A DNA stretch of 64,000 nucleotides from Mizuhopecten yessoensis (lineage: Eukaryota): assembly GCF_002113885.1 (NCBI RefSeq), contig NW_018408441.1, positions 177,608 to 241,607 on the forward strand, read 5' to 3'. This document shows, in pieces, positions 24,331 to 36,900 of this stretch. The first letter of the stretch is position 1. Every line of letters starts with the position of its first letter. The notes under the pieces were generated by a model. It was given only the letters and a program-made list of their open reading frames with translations. It did no database searches and was not told where the DNA came from. The translations under genes and the position numbers were made by a program.

Positions 24331-27300
24331 CTATAATTCTACATCTTCCATTTCTTCATCGGACTCGTCACCATCCAGTGTCGAGTCGTCATCATCGAAA
24401 TCATCGAATTCCTCTTCCCGTTCACGAATAACATCAAGCACGTGCGCCGGGATGTCTCTACGTGTGAGTGATATGGACCATTTGACTCGGACGGTGGGAG
24501 CACAATCAAGTGCCCTGAAAAACATCCCAACATCTATCTTCATTCCCGGATCATCCACATCACGGATCACGTCTCCAGGAAACGGCATCCCGATAATCAG
24601 CGAGAACATCTTGCCTGCAATTATAATAGAATACCATAAACACTTAACAGAGAAACTGTCTGTGACAACATGAATGTAACCAAGGACTTCAAATTACGCA
24701 TGAACGTGGCGACAACCGTAAACAACACAGAAACTGGTCACAATTTTAACAAGAACTGGTCACAATTGAAAATTAACAGGAACGCGGTTGCAACCGTAAA
24801 TAGCACAGGAATTTGCGATCACTGTAAAGTTTACGGTATAGGACTTAGATAATCTAAGTCCGTGGGTATATCAACTGCTAACTATTAAGATCTGATGACA
24901 AGATACACATGTATCACGTGCACGACAACTGTGTATATGTTTGCTCCCATGGAAACGAACGGTTTTCCGGTAATTGATGACAATGATGCATTTCCCTCAT
25001 AAAGGTTAGTCGATAATTTCTCAGTGTTCGGAGTCTATACCGGTTAAAATGAATAGGTCCCGAAGAAAACGTTTTATGTTCGAAAGTTTTATTGATGAGA
25101 ACTGGGATCTTTATCAGGTAAGTAGACGCGTGTTCTGTGTATGCAATATTGTAGATGTGTCTATTTCCTTTGAATTTGTGCAATTTATGATTTTCATTAT
25201 ATCTTGCATACCTATTGTGAATACTAGGGTTGGCGTGTACACAGTTGTAGAAATGTACATGCAATTGTCCTATCTTCCGTGTTTTTGTAGGATTTGTATA
25301 TGCGAGTCCCGAACGTCATAAGTCCCATTACTAAGAGTTATCATAGTATAGGTATCTTGTAGGTAAATGCAAAGCCTGTGGCTTGTAATGAATAACATAT
25401 GACATTAAGTTATATCAGGACGTCTCGACTAGTTAAGTCTAACAGTCACATTAGTATATATACACATATCAAATTAAAAGCACGGACAAAACTTGTGTGC
25501 ATGATTTTTCCCGTGCACGTTTAGCCTATTTTAAAAACTATTTAAAATTTCGGCGTTAACCACTTCAGCTGATAAATTGTTCCAGTTGGTAACTACACGA
25601 TTGCTGAAATTGTTCTTGGTGGTGTTTAAGCGGCATTGTTTCTTATAGAGCTTTCTCTGGTGACCTCAAGATGCCGGAAAGGTGGATTCGGTAAATAATT
25701 TGGACTTGTCTGCATCGTCCACACCATTCATAATAATACACTTGAATCATATCAGCCTTCTGTATTCAAGTGTAGGCAATCCTAGTCGTTTTAGTCGATC
25801 TGGGTAAGGTAAGTCTTGCAATGTAATTAACCTTTTATAGTTGCCCGTCGTTGTATGTTTTCCAGTGATCGTAAATCTTTCTTCAGGAGAGGTGACCATA
25901 TTATGGAGCAGTACTCATTATGAGGTCTGACAAGTGATTTGTATAATAATAGGAAATATAGGAATTTTGATTGATTAAGAGATGTAACTGTTCTAAAAAT
26001 AATTCCTAACATCCTGTTTCCTTTGAAGACGGCTGCAGACACCTTCTCGCTGAATTTGAGTTGTTTGTCGAATGTCACTCCAAGGTCTCTCTCCTTGTCT
26101 GTTTTTACAATCATGGTTGTGACTCGTTCGTTTGTGAAGTTCGTACTGGCTATTGCTGGATGTATTATGTGTTTGCATTTCTGTAAATTTAATTTCATGA
26201 GCCACCTCTCAGTCCTTTATGGATTATGAAAAGTTCTTTTTACACAACCAATGAGATTTTCTTTTACGATATGTACACTGTCACCTTCATCAGACAAATG
26301 ACCAGTGAAGCGTATGCACGCAAAGGTGTAAAATGTGTACGAGTTGTCCACAAAATCGATGTCGATTCGGCCACGCTGTATGAACCGAAATGACTCGATT
26401 CAGCTACGCTTTGTTTCATACTTGGTCATAGACGTGCGAGAGTCTTTGAGCCCCTCATCTCGATTTAGAACTAGCCCACTGCGGCGTATCCAGATGGCTA
26501 ATTAACTTTTCATAGTCCACCTCTCGGTCCATTCATACACTTTGTTGATGTTAATTTGTAGCTCTTACCTATCCAGTGGTGTAGATATACTTGAGTATAC
26601 TTTTGCATCATCTGCAAATAGCTTTATTCATTAACATAAATAAGAAACAAAATCGGTCCGATAACACTTCCCTGGGGGACCCCGCTTGTCACAATCTGTA
26701 CTCTCGATAACGCTCCATTTGATTCAGATTTGTCTCTGGGAACAGAGGTCAAACTAATTGGCCGATACTTTTCCGCTTGTTTGGTCGAGCCTTTTTGTGT
26801 ATTGGACAGACATCTTCCATTCTGATGGTAGTTCAGCTTCCTGGATAGATTTGTTGAAGAAGATTCTGAGTGGTTCAGAGATCTGGTTAGATGTTTCAAA
26901 GAAAATTTTAGGTTGTAAGCCGTCTGAACCAGCTAATTTGTTAGGGTTTAGCCTCTTGATTGGCTTTTCAACATTTTCCTTTGTCACATTGATGTCAGAG
27001 AGGGGTGATTGGCAATTCCTATTCGAAAGTAAGGTTATTCAATGTTTCCATTTTCTACAAAGACGCTCACAAAATAATCGTTCAAAACATTAGCTGTTCC
27101 CTCATCTGAAGTGGTTAGCTCATTGCTTGGTCCTACAATTCTGGTAATTAAAATGTTTGTCTGTGTTCTGACATATTTCTCAAAGCATGGTCGAGTCCCG
27201 CAAGATAAGGAGATATGGGAACTCCCATTATTAATCGTCAACCCCGGCAATGTGGCCGCTACGCGATGTCTTGTCTTGTGTCTCAGTAATATACAAGTTC

Positions 27301-28852
27301 AAGTTTTTTATTTACCAAATGCAATACAGCATATAGGTTATACAGTTACATTACACATGGTTCATAATAAAGTACAATATTCAAGATGGTGGAGGATAAT
27401 TCCTTTTTCACATTAAACATATAAATTTAACTGGCTCAAAAGGGCTTTTCTTTTGGCATTTGCGTGCAATAAATATTTACCAAGTTTCTTAAAGTTTTGA
27501 CATTTTGACATGAAAATAATTCAATCAACTTAAAAACACTTGGATGTCGATAATAATATTGTTTTAAATATGTATACATGTAAGATTAGGTGACGACATT
27601 GGATTTACATAATAAAAATATAGTTTGTGCAGTATCACCAAGTAAAAATACTGAAAAATGGTATTTGCGGAGAAACCTTTGTAAGCTAACACTGTTTCAG
27701 ACCTTCGAATTCCATTACCTTGGTAGGTCGGAATTAGTTCAAGCAATGTGTTCCTTTTGGGTAGTTTTGATTAATTTAGTTACAATGTTCGAAGATAGTT
27801 CTATAAACAATTAATATTTAATTAGATGGTGTTCTTTTTGGTCGAATGTCACTCTATTACGTTTTCAAAAAGTACTGCTACGAACTTGGAATGTATTAAT
27901 ATAATCTTCCACTCTAATTTCGTGGTACTGCACATCTATCGGTATCGTCAATTCAAGGTTTAAGCAAATATCCCAAATACTGAACACTGTCAGCTCGAAA
28001 ATTTTGCAGACTTGTATATTAATTTGCTTTAGTTATTTCTATATGCAACAAACAGCAGTTATCAGCAGTGCCTTGACAGTATTGCAGAAACAGACCGCGG
28101 AAAGATTCCGGAAGTCTGTATGGCAATACATTGAGTGATTATAAAGAAGATATTTTCACCAAGCTTTTAACATTTTCTAATATTTTATCCTGTGCTTTGG
28201 TGGACGCATGTACGCACAATATACCTACGAAGAACCACCCTTTGCAGATCAACAGCATATTTTTGTAAAGTTATTTGCAACATAATCCATATCTTGGTCA
28301 CGGTACCATTTGTCCAAACATACCTTGGATCGCTACACAATCGCATTTGTTATCCAATAACACACAGTCAGCCAGGAGACCCTTCTGTCGCCGTCTCTGT
28401 GGCAGACGACAATTGCCATGGTTTTCAGCCAATGTGAGTTTTAGACCCACCGGGTTCTTTCGATCCCACGAAAGCGTCGCTGAGATGGACCTCAGCTTCT
28501 GAATCAACAACTGTCCTTCTCGGAACACGCTAGCCGCATGAGCCGTGTCCTGATCTAAGGTGGTGTAGAACCGGAGGTCGCGGTCCAGCAAACCGTGAAG
28601 CCAGTGAGGGTATAGCAGTTCGCCTCGATGACAGGGTACGTAGAAGGTCCGTGGGGGATAGCCCGTGCTAGGGTCCACGCCCTCACGTTCATTCACATGT
28701 ATCACGATGGGGAAGGATAGATGTGTGTTTGGCTTGGGCGTCGTGCACTCCATGGGCTCTTGTCTGCATGTGTAGGAATGTTCATTGAACAACTGTTTCG
28801 CCGCCATCGTTACTTCCATAGTTTGCTGTGGGTTCATACATGTATGCGACAT
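24331..28852 (-). CDS. Uncharacterised two-exon protein, about 270 aa, with an acidic C-terminal tail
   Basis: Exon 1 28852-28324 ends CAAG|GTATGT; exon 2 24614-24331 follows TTGCAG|; phase 1 joins in frame (..CDCVAIQ-G-KMFSLIIG..). Both exons are GC/CpG-rich open frames matching ORFs 28298-28888 and 24331-24609. No family recognised. Confidence 0.7.
25470..27200 (-). mobile_element. Degraded CR1-clade LINE (ORF2 reverse transcriptase and 3' region)
   Basis: Motifs LNDYFVSVF, YRPISLTSV, SGVPQGSVIGPILFLIYVN, LFADDAK, WLMKLNLQKC, ERDLGV, LYKSLVRPHNEYCS.IWSP..LENIQRRA, FSNRVVTNWNNL; frameshifts, deletions and an internal insertion. Confidence 0.9.
27420..28000 (-). mobile_element. Highly degraded non-LTR retrotransposon 3' fragment (RTE-X-like)
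   Basis: Broken frames reading YLGYL..DD and YLKQYYYRHPSVFKLIELFSCQNVKTLRNL. Confidence 0.45.
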
Positions 28853-28899
28853 GATTGCAGAATTATACAGTTCTCCCTTGACAACCACTGTGTAGGTAA

Positions 28900-28981
28900 T
28901 TCGCGCGGAGCTATTATGACGTCAATGATTACATTGGTACAAATGCCGGACGTCATGATACAAACGCTAACTGTGACGTCA
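28900..28981 (-). promoter_or_regulatory. Cluster of CRE/ATF palindromes and an E2F-like site upstream of the orphan gene
   Basis: TGACGTCA at 28917-24 and 28974-81, GGACGTCA at 28948-55, TTCGCGCG at about 28900; all within 130 bp of the ATG at 28852. Confidence 0.55.
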
Positions 28982-30921
28982 TGTTATCAAAGTGAACTAC
29001 GAGTTCATGGTAAAAATGCTTTAGACCTTTGTTCAAACACGGACTTAGATAGCATCTAATCTAATTCCGTGGTTCAAATAATAAACTATCAATGGTTGTC
29101 CATATATTAGTCTCGGCACCAGTAATATATTTTGCATTGTCTGGCACACATCTTGATATTTATTTACTAACCTAAAATAACAATGTCCTTTTCACTAGTT
29201 CATAGCTAGTGTTTCTGAAGAATTCCATCACATGTCATATCAGACATCACAGCTAAAATAAACCATTACTGCTCACCGTTGCATATATATATATATATAC
29301 GAGCTTGTATATATGATTAAAATTAGACTGTCAATTCCGCTCCTCTACGATACCCTCCAATACAAGATTTAATCTATCTTAGAGGAAAGGAATTACAAGT
29401 CTAATACTACTTGTTTTAAAACAAAGTCACAAAAGTTGATGGTTCTGTGTCTATATTTGCCTAGCTTTTTCTGTCCCTTCGTTGGCGTAACTAAAGTTAT
29501 TTCTGGTCTCTATTGGTAGCTTTGGCTGTTGGTTTCATCTCTGTGTAAGACTGTCTCAGTTTGGTAAAAGAATTTATATTACAATGTACATTCGAGCCAA
29601 AATAGTATCCGGCGGCACTGACATATCTTGTACATTGTTACAAATCTTGTAATCGTTATTCCTGGTCAGAATCGATAAAATATGACGATGGATGTGAAAC
29701 GCAGGGGCGGCACAGGACTACACACAATAGCAAGAGGGTGTCCATTAGACTTCATGATTGATATACATTGGCAAGTGATAGCAATAACGATAGCGTTGTC
29801 GTGAGCGGTGAAACCGTTAGTTAACTGAGTCTATCAGACTTACATAATCTAAATCCGTGCTATGATATACTGTTTCTATCCTGCGACACCTCCCAAGCTC
29901 CGTTTGGTGTGCGCACTGTAACCTCATGAGCACATCAATATTTTATCCTTTAGGTTATATCAGTTGTAACAAGGTTCACCTGAGCCATCTGAATTGGATA
30001 TTTTTATTTCTTGACCGGTGATTCCAGCTGTGTATTAGTTCTATTTTACTGCCCAAGTCACAACCCATCCCCCATGCCATGTGGAATATATATATATACT
30101 AAATTGATATCGCATCAATTAAATAGGTCAGCGAACCATGACAGAGACGTTTGTTCCTGTATGGTCAGTGGTCCATACTCAGGGCACATATGTTACAGTT
30201 AAAGAAGGTTTTATTAATTATACATTTTTGTATAGTGTACGTTTGCACACACACACAAAGTATAAACTCCCATTTTAATGCGTTCAAGACAAGAAACTTT
30301 CTTTTTAGATTTTAGAAAGATCTATCACGGACTTAGATTACCTATCTAAGTCCGTGGTTATATCTATGAAAGTGTTCATGCTGATTTTTTTATGCACTAA
30401 TTTCATATAAATAGCACTTGATTTTATTTGTGAATATATGAACTACTCTACAGAAAGATGATCATATCCTTCCCACTCACAGATTGCATAATTAACATTT
30501 CTATTTGTTTATATTAAGAAAATCAGTTTATGTTGAAAAATTCAAGTTTTATTCCGATAAAAGTTTAGTTGTATATTTATTTGCTAGAAACCAAACTAGG
30601 ATAATCTTTTTCCTTAAGAAAATTCATTCAATAAATAAACTAAATCATAATTAACATATTGATGATTAATTTCACTCGGGCATTTTACTAAAAAAGCAGA
30701 TTAATAACTAAGGAAAGATTTAGATAGAGACGCTTAGAAAAGAACTGTCTTAAAAATGCATGTTAAAAAAGTAATAATTCTGATTCCGGACTAGAATCGT
30801 CTCCTTTTAGGTGATTTAGACACAAATAGCTGCAAACGCAAGTCAGACTCAGATTTGACATGTTTTGTTTTGCCGAGTGAGAGACAAATGTACACGTGCA
30901 CTGTCCTGTCAACCAATTAGT

Positions 30922-33900
30922 ATGCAAACAGGCGTATTCCAGGTAAAGTGGCAATTCATTTCAACATCCAAACGTGTAATTCAAGTGTTATTTGGCTTTG
31001 GTGTAGCACAGAGTGCTGTGATTATGTGTGCCGATACATGATGGCATTTCGGCACAGAGAGGTTTTGGTATCCATGCGTAAAAGACGCTTCGGTATTTAG
31101 ATAAAAGATATTCGGCACATTATAACAACAGCAAAACATCACACAAATGTAGACAAACACAAAAAGGATCATGAAGGACGGCTATTTCATATCTGTACGC
31201 ATTTACATACCAGACGCAGATGCCTTTGGCCTAGTCCGAAACGACTGACCACCGCTTTTTTTTTTTAATTTATTTATATATTATTTTATTGGATTGAGAT
31301 AGTCAGAAAGTCCCACATAGGGTCCCATTGGGGTTTGACACGGTTTGGTGTGCACTTTTCTAAATTAGTGCATTTTCTTCTCCTGTTGCAGTGGCGCCGT
31401 GTCAGACAAATCATTGTTTCAAGTACAGTGTGAATGCTTGGTTAGGGGATACCAGAAAAAGGGGTTGCAAATTGCAAGAATCTTACATGTCCCTAGGCCC
31501 TAGTACCCGGCCGGGTATTAAATCGATCCCATATGCCTTGTAATGGAGCAAGCCCATTAGTGAATTACTCCGGGGTGATTTTAGAATTAATTGACAGAAC
31601 ATTGGTCCGCATTCATAAATAGGTTTATAATATGAACTATTTCTGTTGATATCCTAAATAACTTGAAGTTCTGCCTATAATGTCGTTAAATTATCAAGTT
31701 AACGTAGCAAGGGTAATTGAAATCTGAATTGACCGCCATGTTGGAAAATTTGTCTCTCCTCCATTATAGGTCTGGCGATAAAAAATATAAAAAAAAAATG
31801 TCTTGTCATCAGAAGCTATTTCTGCCGCTGCACCAATAGATATGTCAACAGCGACTACTTCAAACATGATCAAAACAAGGGAGTAGCTGCTGGGTGGAGA
31901 AAGAAAAAGGAGAGCAGTATTAAGTGGGACAGGACTACCCAAAACCAGATAGCCTTAGAGTGTCAAGCAGGATTAAGTGGGACAGGACTACCCAAAACCA
32001 GATAGCCTTAGAGTGTCGAGGTCTTTAGGTTTCAATCCCAGTCTGGACCCTTTACATTTGACATCTTCTGTTACACTAGCACATCTGAGCATTCATTTGG
32101 GACAGGTGTGCACAGTTGTTTGTGGTGTTTGATAGACTCATTAAGGCAGTTAGTTGATCAGGTTATAATAAGAAACAGGTTGCTGGAATATAGCTCATCT
32201 TTACACAATGTATTTCTATAAGATGAATATGTATAGATATCGGACATCAATATTATTTTTGTTTCTCCTCTCAGGATGTGGAGCCTTTCCATTACAGTGA
32301 TGAGGACTTGACTACTGGGACTAAACACTGGGATGACAAGGAGTATGATCTCAGTGAGGTGGGTATTCATTATTTAGTGGTCAGTATAGGTCCACAATTT
32401 ACTTACCGGTGCATAAATCATTGTGGTCTTCTTTAATTCTTATCTGTATCTATCTTGGTAGTGTTTGACTAAATTTTTGTCCTGTTAAAATATTACTGTA
32501 ATATTAAAATCGAAACTGACCTTGTGCTATTTTGATTGATTTGCAGTTTGACAAATTGCTGAGAGGAAAGTGGGATAAGTGTATGAAGGATGGATTCTTC
32601 AGGTATCACCTTGATAAGGTGGAAACCAAAATCATTCCAGGGGAGAAAAAATATGTAGCACAGGTAATTGTTCTTACTTTGAGCTGAACCACTTAGGATA
32701 CTGGTGACTTACAAACTGTACTGCGGTACTGCCACCGTGAGGGCTGTGACTTATAAATTCTACTGCGGTACTGTCACTGTGAGGGCCGGGTATGATAGAG
32801 AAATATCTCAACCAGAGGGTTGATATTTGTATTACCTTATCCTAGGCTTGCTTAAAGATATCACCTCAGTAGTTGAGATTCTCTGGTATACCCTCACCAC
32901 AGGGGAGGATTTTTATTCCAACTGCCCGTCAATAATACATTCCAAAACAATTGTTAACTTATAAATATTTTTGATTCGCGCATTTCCAGACATCTGTTCC
33001 TTTGGGAGCTGATTGAGTCACAACTGTGACAAGAAAACACTCTAGATTTATAAATTTGTTCTTAAAATGTTTGGGTGACTGTTATGAAACAAAGGAGGGA
33101 AAAGTATGACCATAGTTTTAGTGGGAATAACCCATTGTTGGAACTAAAATCAGTTTAGTAGCCTTGAAAATCGTAATATTTGTATTTCCTCATAACAGTT
33201 ATCTCCCTTTAAAATCATTATTTGAAAAATGATGTTATTTTCATACATTGACTGTCTAATAACATGTTTCCTGATATGATCATTTGTAGCTTAATGTAAA
33301 AAGAGCCACTGAAAGAAGGAAGCCTCAGGAAATCATAACTGTGAATCAACCATTTGACGAAAACCTCTTCAACTTCTCTCGCATCAAGTCTAATGAAGTG
33401 TTGTTCCTCTTGGACAAAAAGACCAAAAGTCCTCCAGACACACCCAAGGTGGAAGAGGCAATGTGTAACGGTACAAAGGATGAAGAGGTACGTACAGGGG
33501 AAAACAGTGTATGATACACTGGAAATATAAGTAGGTATAGAATAGAGTGTGATACCAGGTACAGGTAGTACAAATGTAGTACCCAAGGAAACAAATAGGT
33601 GAAAGTCGGGGTGTAATTGGTATTTTACATGAGCATGTTCTAGAGGATCTAAGACACGTTAACATTTCACATATTTTTTATGCAACAATCTCCAGCTAGC
33701 TTAATTGTATTCATACTTTAAATAGGAACACATCTTTTTTTATCACAGAGTGGCATGACCCACTTCAAATGACGAGTTTGTCAAAAAATAATCTACAAAA
33801 AGGAACAGAAAATAATATTCTACCTTCGACCCTAATAATTGATGTCGCCCCATTATTACTTGTGATATAACAATGTTATTACACATGTTGCATATCATAA

Positions 33901-36900
33901 ATGTATTACACTTTAGAGAAGCTTGAGCATGTGATATAAGTATATATATATGTAATTATATGCTTGTCAAGTCTTCTATAGGAATACATGTATAATTATT
34001 GTAATGTGTTGATTTAATTTTAATTCTATGCATGATGCTAGGTCCAATTCTTGAAATATTGATATGATAAACCATGTCTGTGTATTTTTATATTAATCAT
34101 GCTTTGGGTTATTGTTATCTATATATAATATCTTTGTTTTTTAGCCACAGAACCTGGTTATCATTAATGTCAGTCCCTTGGAGTATGGCCATGTCCTGTT
34201 AGTACCAGATGTGTACTCATTCAGACCCCAGGTAATCCCCAGTAAACATCATTATCATCTATATTCTACTTTATAACACCTACCAGTACCACAATAAATT
34301 CATTATCATCTATATACTACTTTATAACACCAACCAGTACCACAATAAATTTATTATCATCTATATACTACTTTATAACAACTACCGGTACCACAATAAA
34401 TTCATTATCATCTATATACTACTTTATAACCCCTACCAGTACCACAATAAATTCATTATCATCTAATCTATATACTACTTTATAACACCTACCAGTACCG
34501 CAATAAATTCATTATCATCTCATCTATATACTACTTTATAACACCTACCAGTACCGCAATAAATTCATTATCATCTCATCTATATACTACTTTATAACAC
34601 CTACCAGTACCACATAAATTCATTATTATCTATATACTACTTTATAACACCAACCAGTACCACAATAAATTCATTATCCTCTCATCTATATACTACTTAA
34701 TAACACCAACCAGTACCACAATAAATTTATTATCATCTATATACTACTTTATAACACCTACCAGTACCACATAAATTCATTATTATCTATATACTACTTT
34801 ATAACACCAACCAGTACCACAATAAATTCATTATCATCTAATCTATATACTACTTTATAACACCTACCAGTACCATAATAAATTCATTATCATCTATATA
34901 CTACTTTATAAAACCTACCAGTACCACAATAAATGCATTATCATCTATATACTACTTTATAACACCAACCAGTACCACAATAAATTTATTATCCTCTCAT
35001 CTATATACTACTTTATAACACCTACCAGTACCACATAAATTCATTATTATCTATATACTACTTTATAACACCAACCAGTACCACAATAAATTCATTATCA
35101 TCTCATTTATATACTACTTTATAACACCTACCAGTACCGCAATAAATTCATTATCATCTCATCTATATACTACTTTATAACACCTACCAGTACCGCAATA
35201 AATTCATTATCATCTCATCTATATACTACTTTATAACACCTACCAGTACCGCAATAAATTCATTATCATCTCATCTATATACTACTTTATAACACCTACC
35301 AGTACCGCAATAAATTCATTATCATCTCATCTATATACTACTTTATAACACCTACCAGTACCGCAATAAATTCATTATCATCTCATCTATATACTACTTT
35401 ATAACACCTACCAGTACCGCAATAAATTCATTATCATCTCATCTATATACTACTTTATAACACCTACCAGTACCATAATAAATTCATTATCATCTATATA
35501 CTACTTTATAACACATACCGGTACCACAATAAATTCATTATCATCTATATACTACTTTATAACACCTACCAGTACCACAATAAATGCATTATCATGGGCT
35601 AAAAGTATATATGCTTATACTGGAAAAAAATTGAGAATGACTTGAAGATTGAATGTCCCATTTGGGAATGGATTTTCTCAAAAGAGAATGTTTGTTAACT
35701 CCCTTAGAGTATGGCCATGGCCAGGTACGCTGTAAGACATTTTGTGTACTTACTCAGACCCCAGGTTTATCTATAATAAACACCAGGCTTTTGGTGTTAT
35801 ATGGTAATACTATATATCACCTTGCACAGACCCTAGGTTACACATGCAATTGATACTCATCTAGAATGAAAGAAATTTTCCTGGAACTAAAGATTTTTTT
35901 ATTAAAGCAAGATAATGATTGACTAGTGTATGAGGTATTTTGAAGTTTATAATGTGAAAGGACTTCACTAACAGTAGATGCCTGGTATTTGTATTGAAGC
36001 TAGTTGGCATTGGCAGACTAGAATGAAACCTACCTGGGTTCATGTACTCAAATACAGTGTAAAATATTAACTTTATTTATTTTACAACAATTATGAAACA
36101 AGTTAATCAACTTATATTATATAACTCTTGTTGGCCTGGATGTTAGAGTGTGGTGGGGGTCTTCATGTGGGAGGAAACTGTAGTACCTAGAGAAAACCCT
36201 CATGGTCAGACAGGTGACCCCATGTCTTTTTACGCCAAATCCGGGAATCAAACCCTGGCTGCTATGGTAAAAGACAAGTGTGTTATCCACCACGCCATCC
36301 GACTTTAACACAGTGTGTATGTTAGTGTTCAAACTGAACGGTAAACCCATAGACAATCACCAGGAAAAACACTGTAGGTGTATAAGAATAATCAACTTGA
36401 AAGACCAAGTTGTCAATGATGTGGTTTCCAATGATGTGTATGATTAACTGATATATTAAGTGTCTTAGTAAGGGAAACAAGTTCTGTAAAATTTCTTTTC
36501 TTCTTCCATTATTATAACACATGGTATCTTTAATTTCGTATATCTCTCTCTCTTTCGTCAATTAAAGTCTCACAATCAAAGTTTACCTTTTAAATGAAGC
36601 ATTAGAATTTCACTTAACACATTTGCCAATTTTCACGAAACATTCTGTATTTGGCATTGTGTACTGGCTTTCCAATTATACCACCTCAATGTGATAGTGT
36701 GATGGGAGACTACACAATGTTTTGCTTCTCTCTTGCAATATGATAGGAGACAAAGTGGAATCTAACACCAAAACTTTATATTGACATTGCAAACAGTGTA
36801 AGAGATGATCACATAATATACAATTATAATTTCTGAACACTTTTGTCCTGGCTTTTTTTCAGATGTTGACAGAGTATTCTATACAACTGGCTATAGAGAC

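Larger units (their letters stand above)
24835..30363. mobile_element. Four 24-34-bp palindromes CACGGACTTAGAT-(N)-ATCTAAGTCCGTG with flanking direct repeats (putative P-like transposon excision footprints)
   Basis: Copies at 24841-24864 (flanks GGTATA/GGTATA), 29038-29071 (GTTCAAA/GTTCAAA), 29835-29859 (degenerate, CTAT/CTAT) and 30326-30356 (GATCTAT/GTTATAT). Confidence 0.65.

Noticed and set aside
24323-24673. Ser-rich plus-strand ORF, and plus-strand ORFs at 28192-29059
   Set aside because: Antisense shadows of the minus-strand orphan gene exons.
31738-31886. Alternative GDPGP1 start codons near 31738-31866
   Set aside because: They end in stops or offer no phase-0 donor to 32275; 30922-30942 fits better, although it remains tentative.
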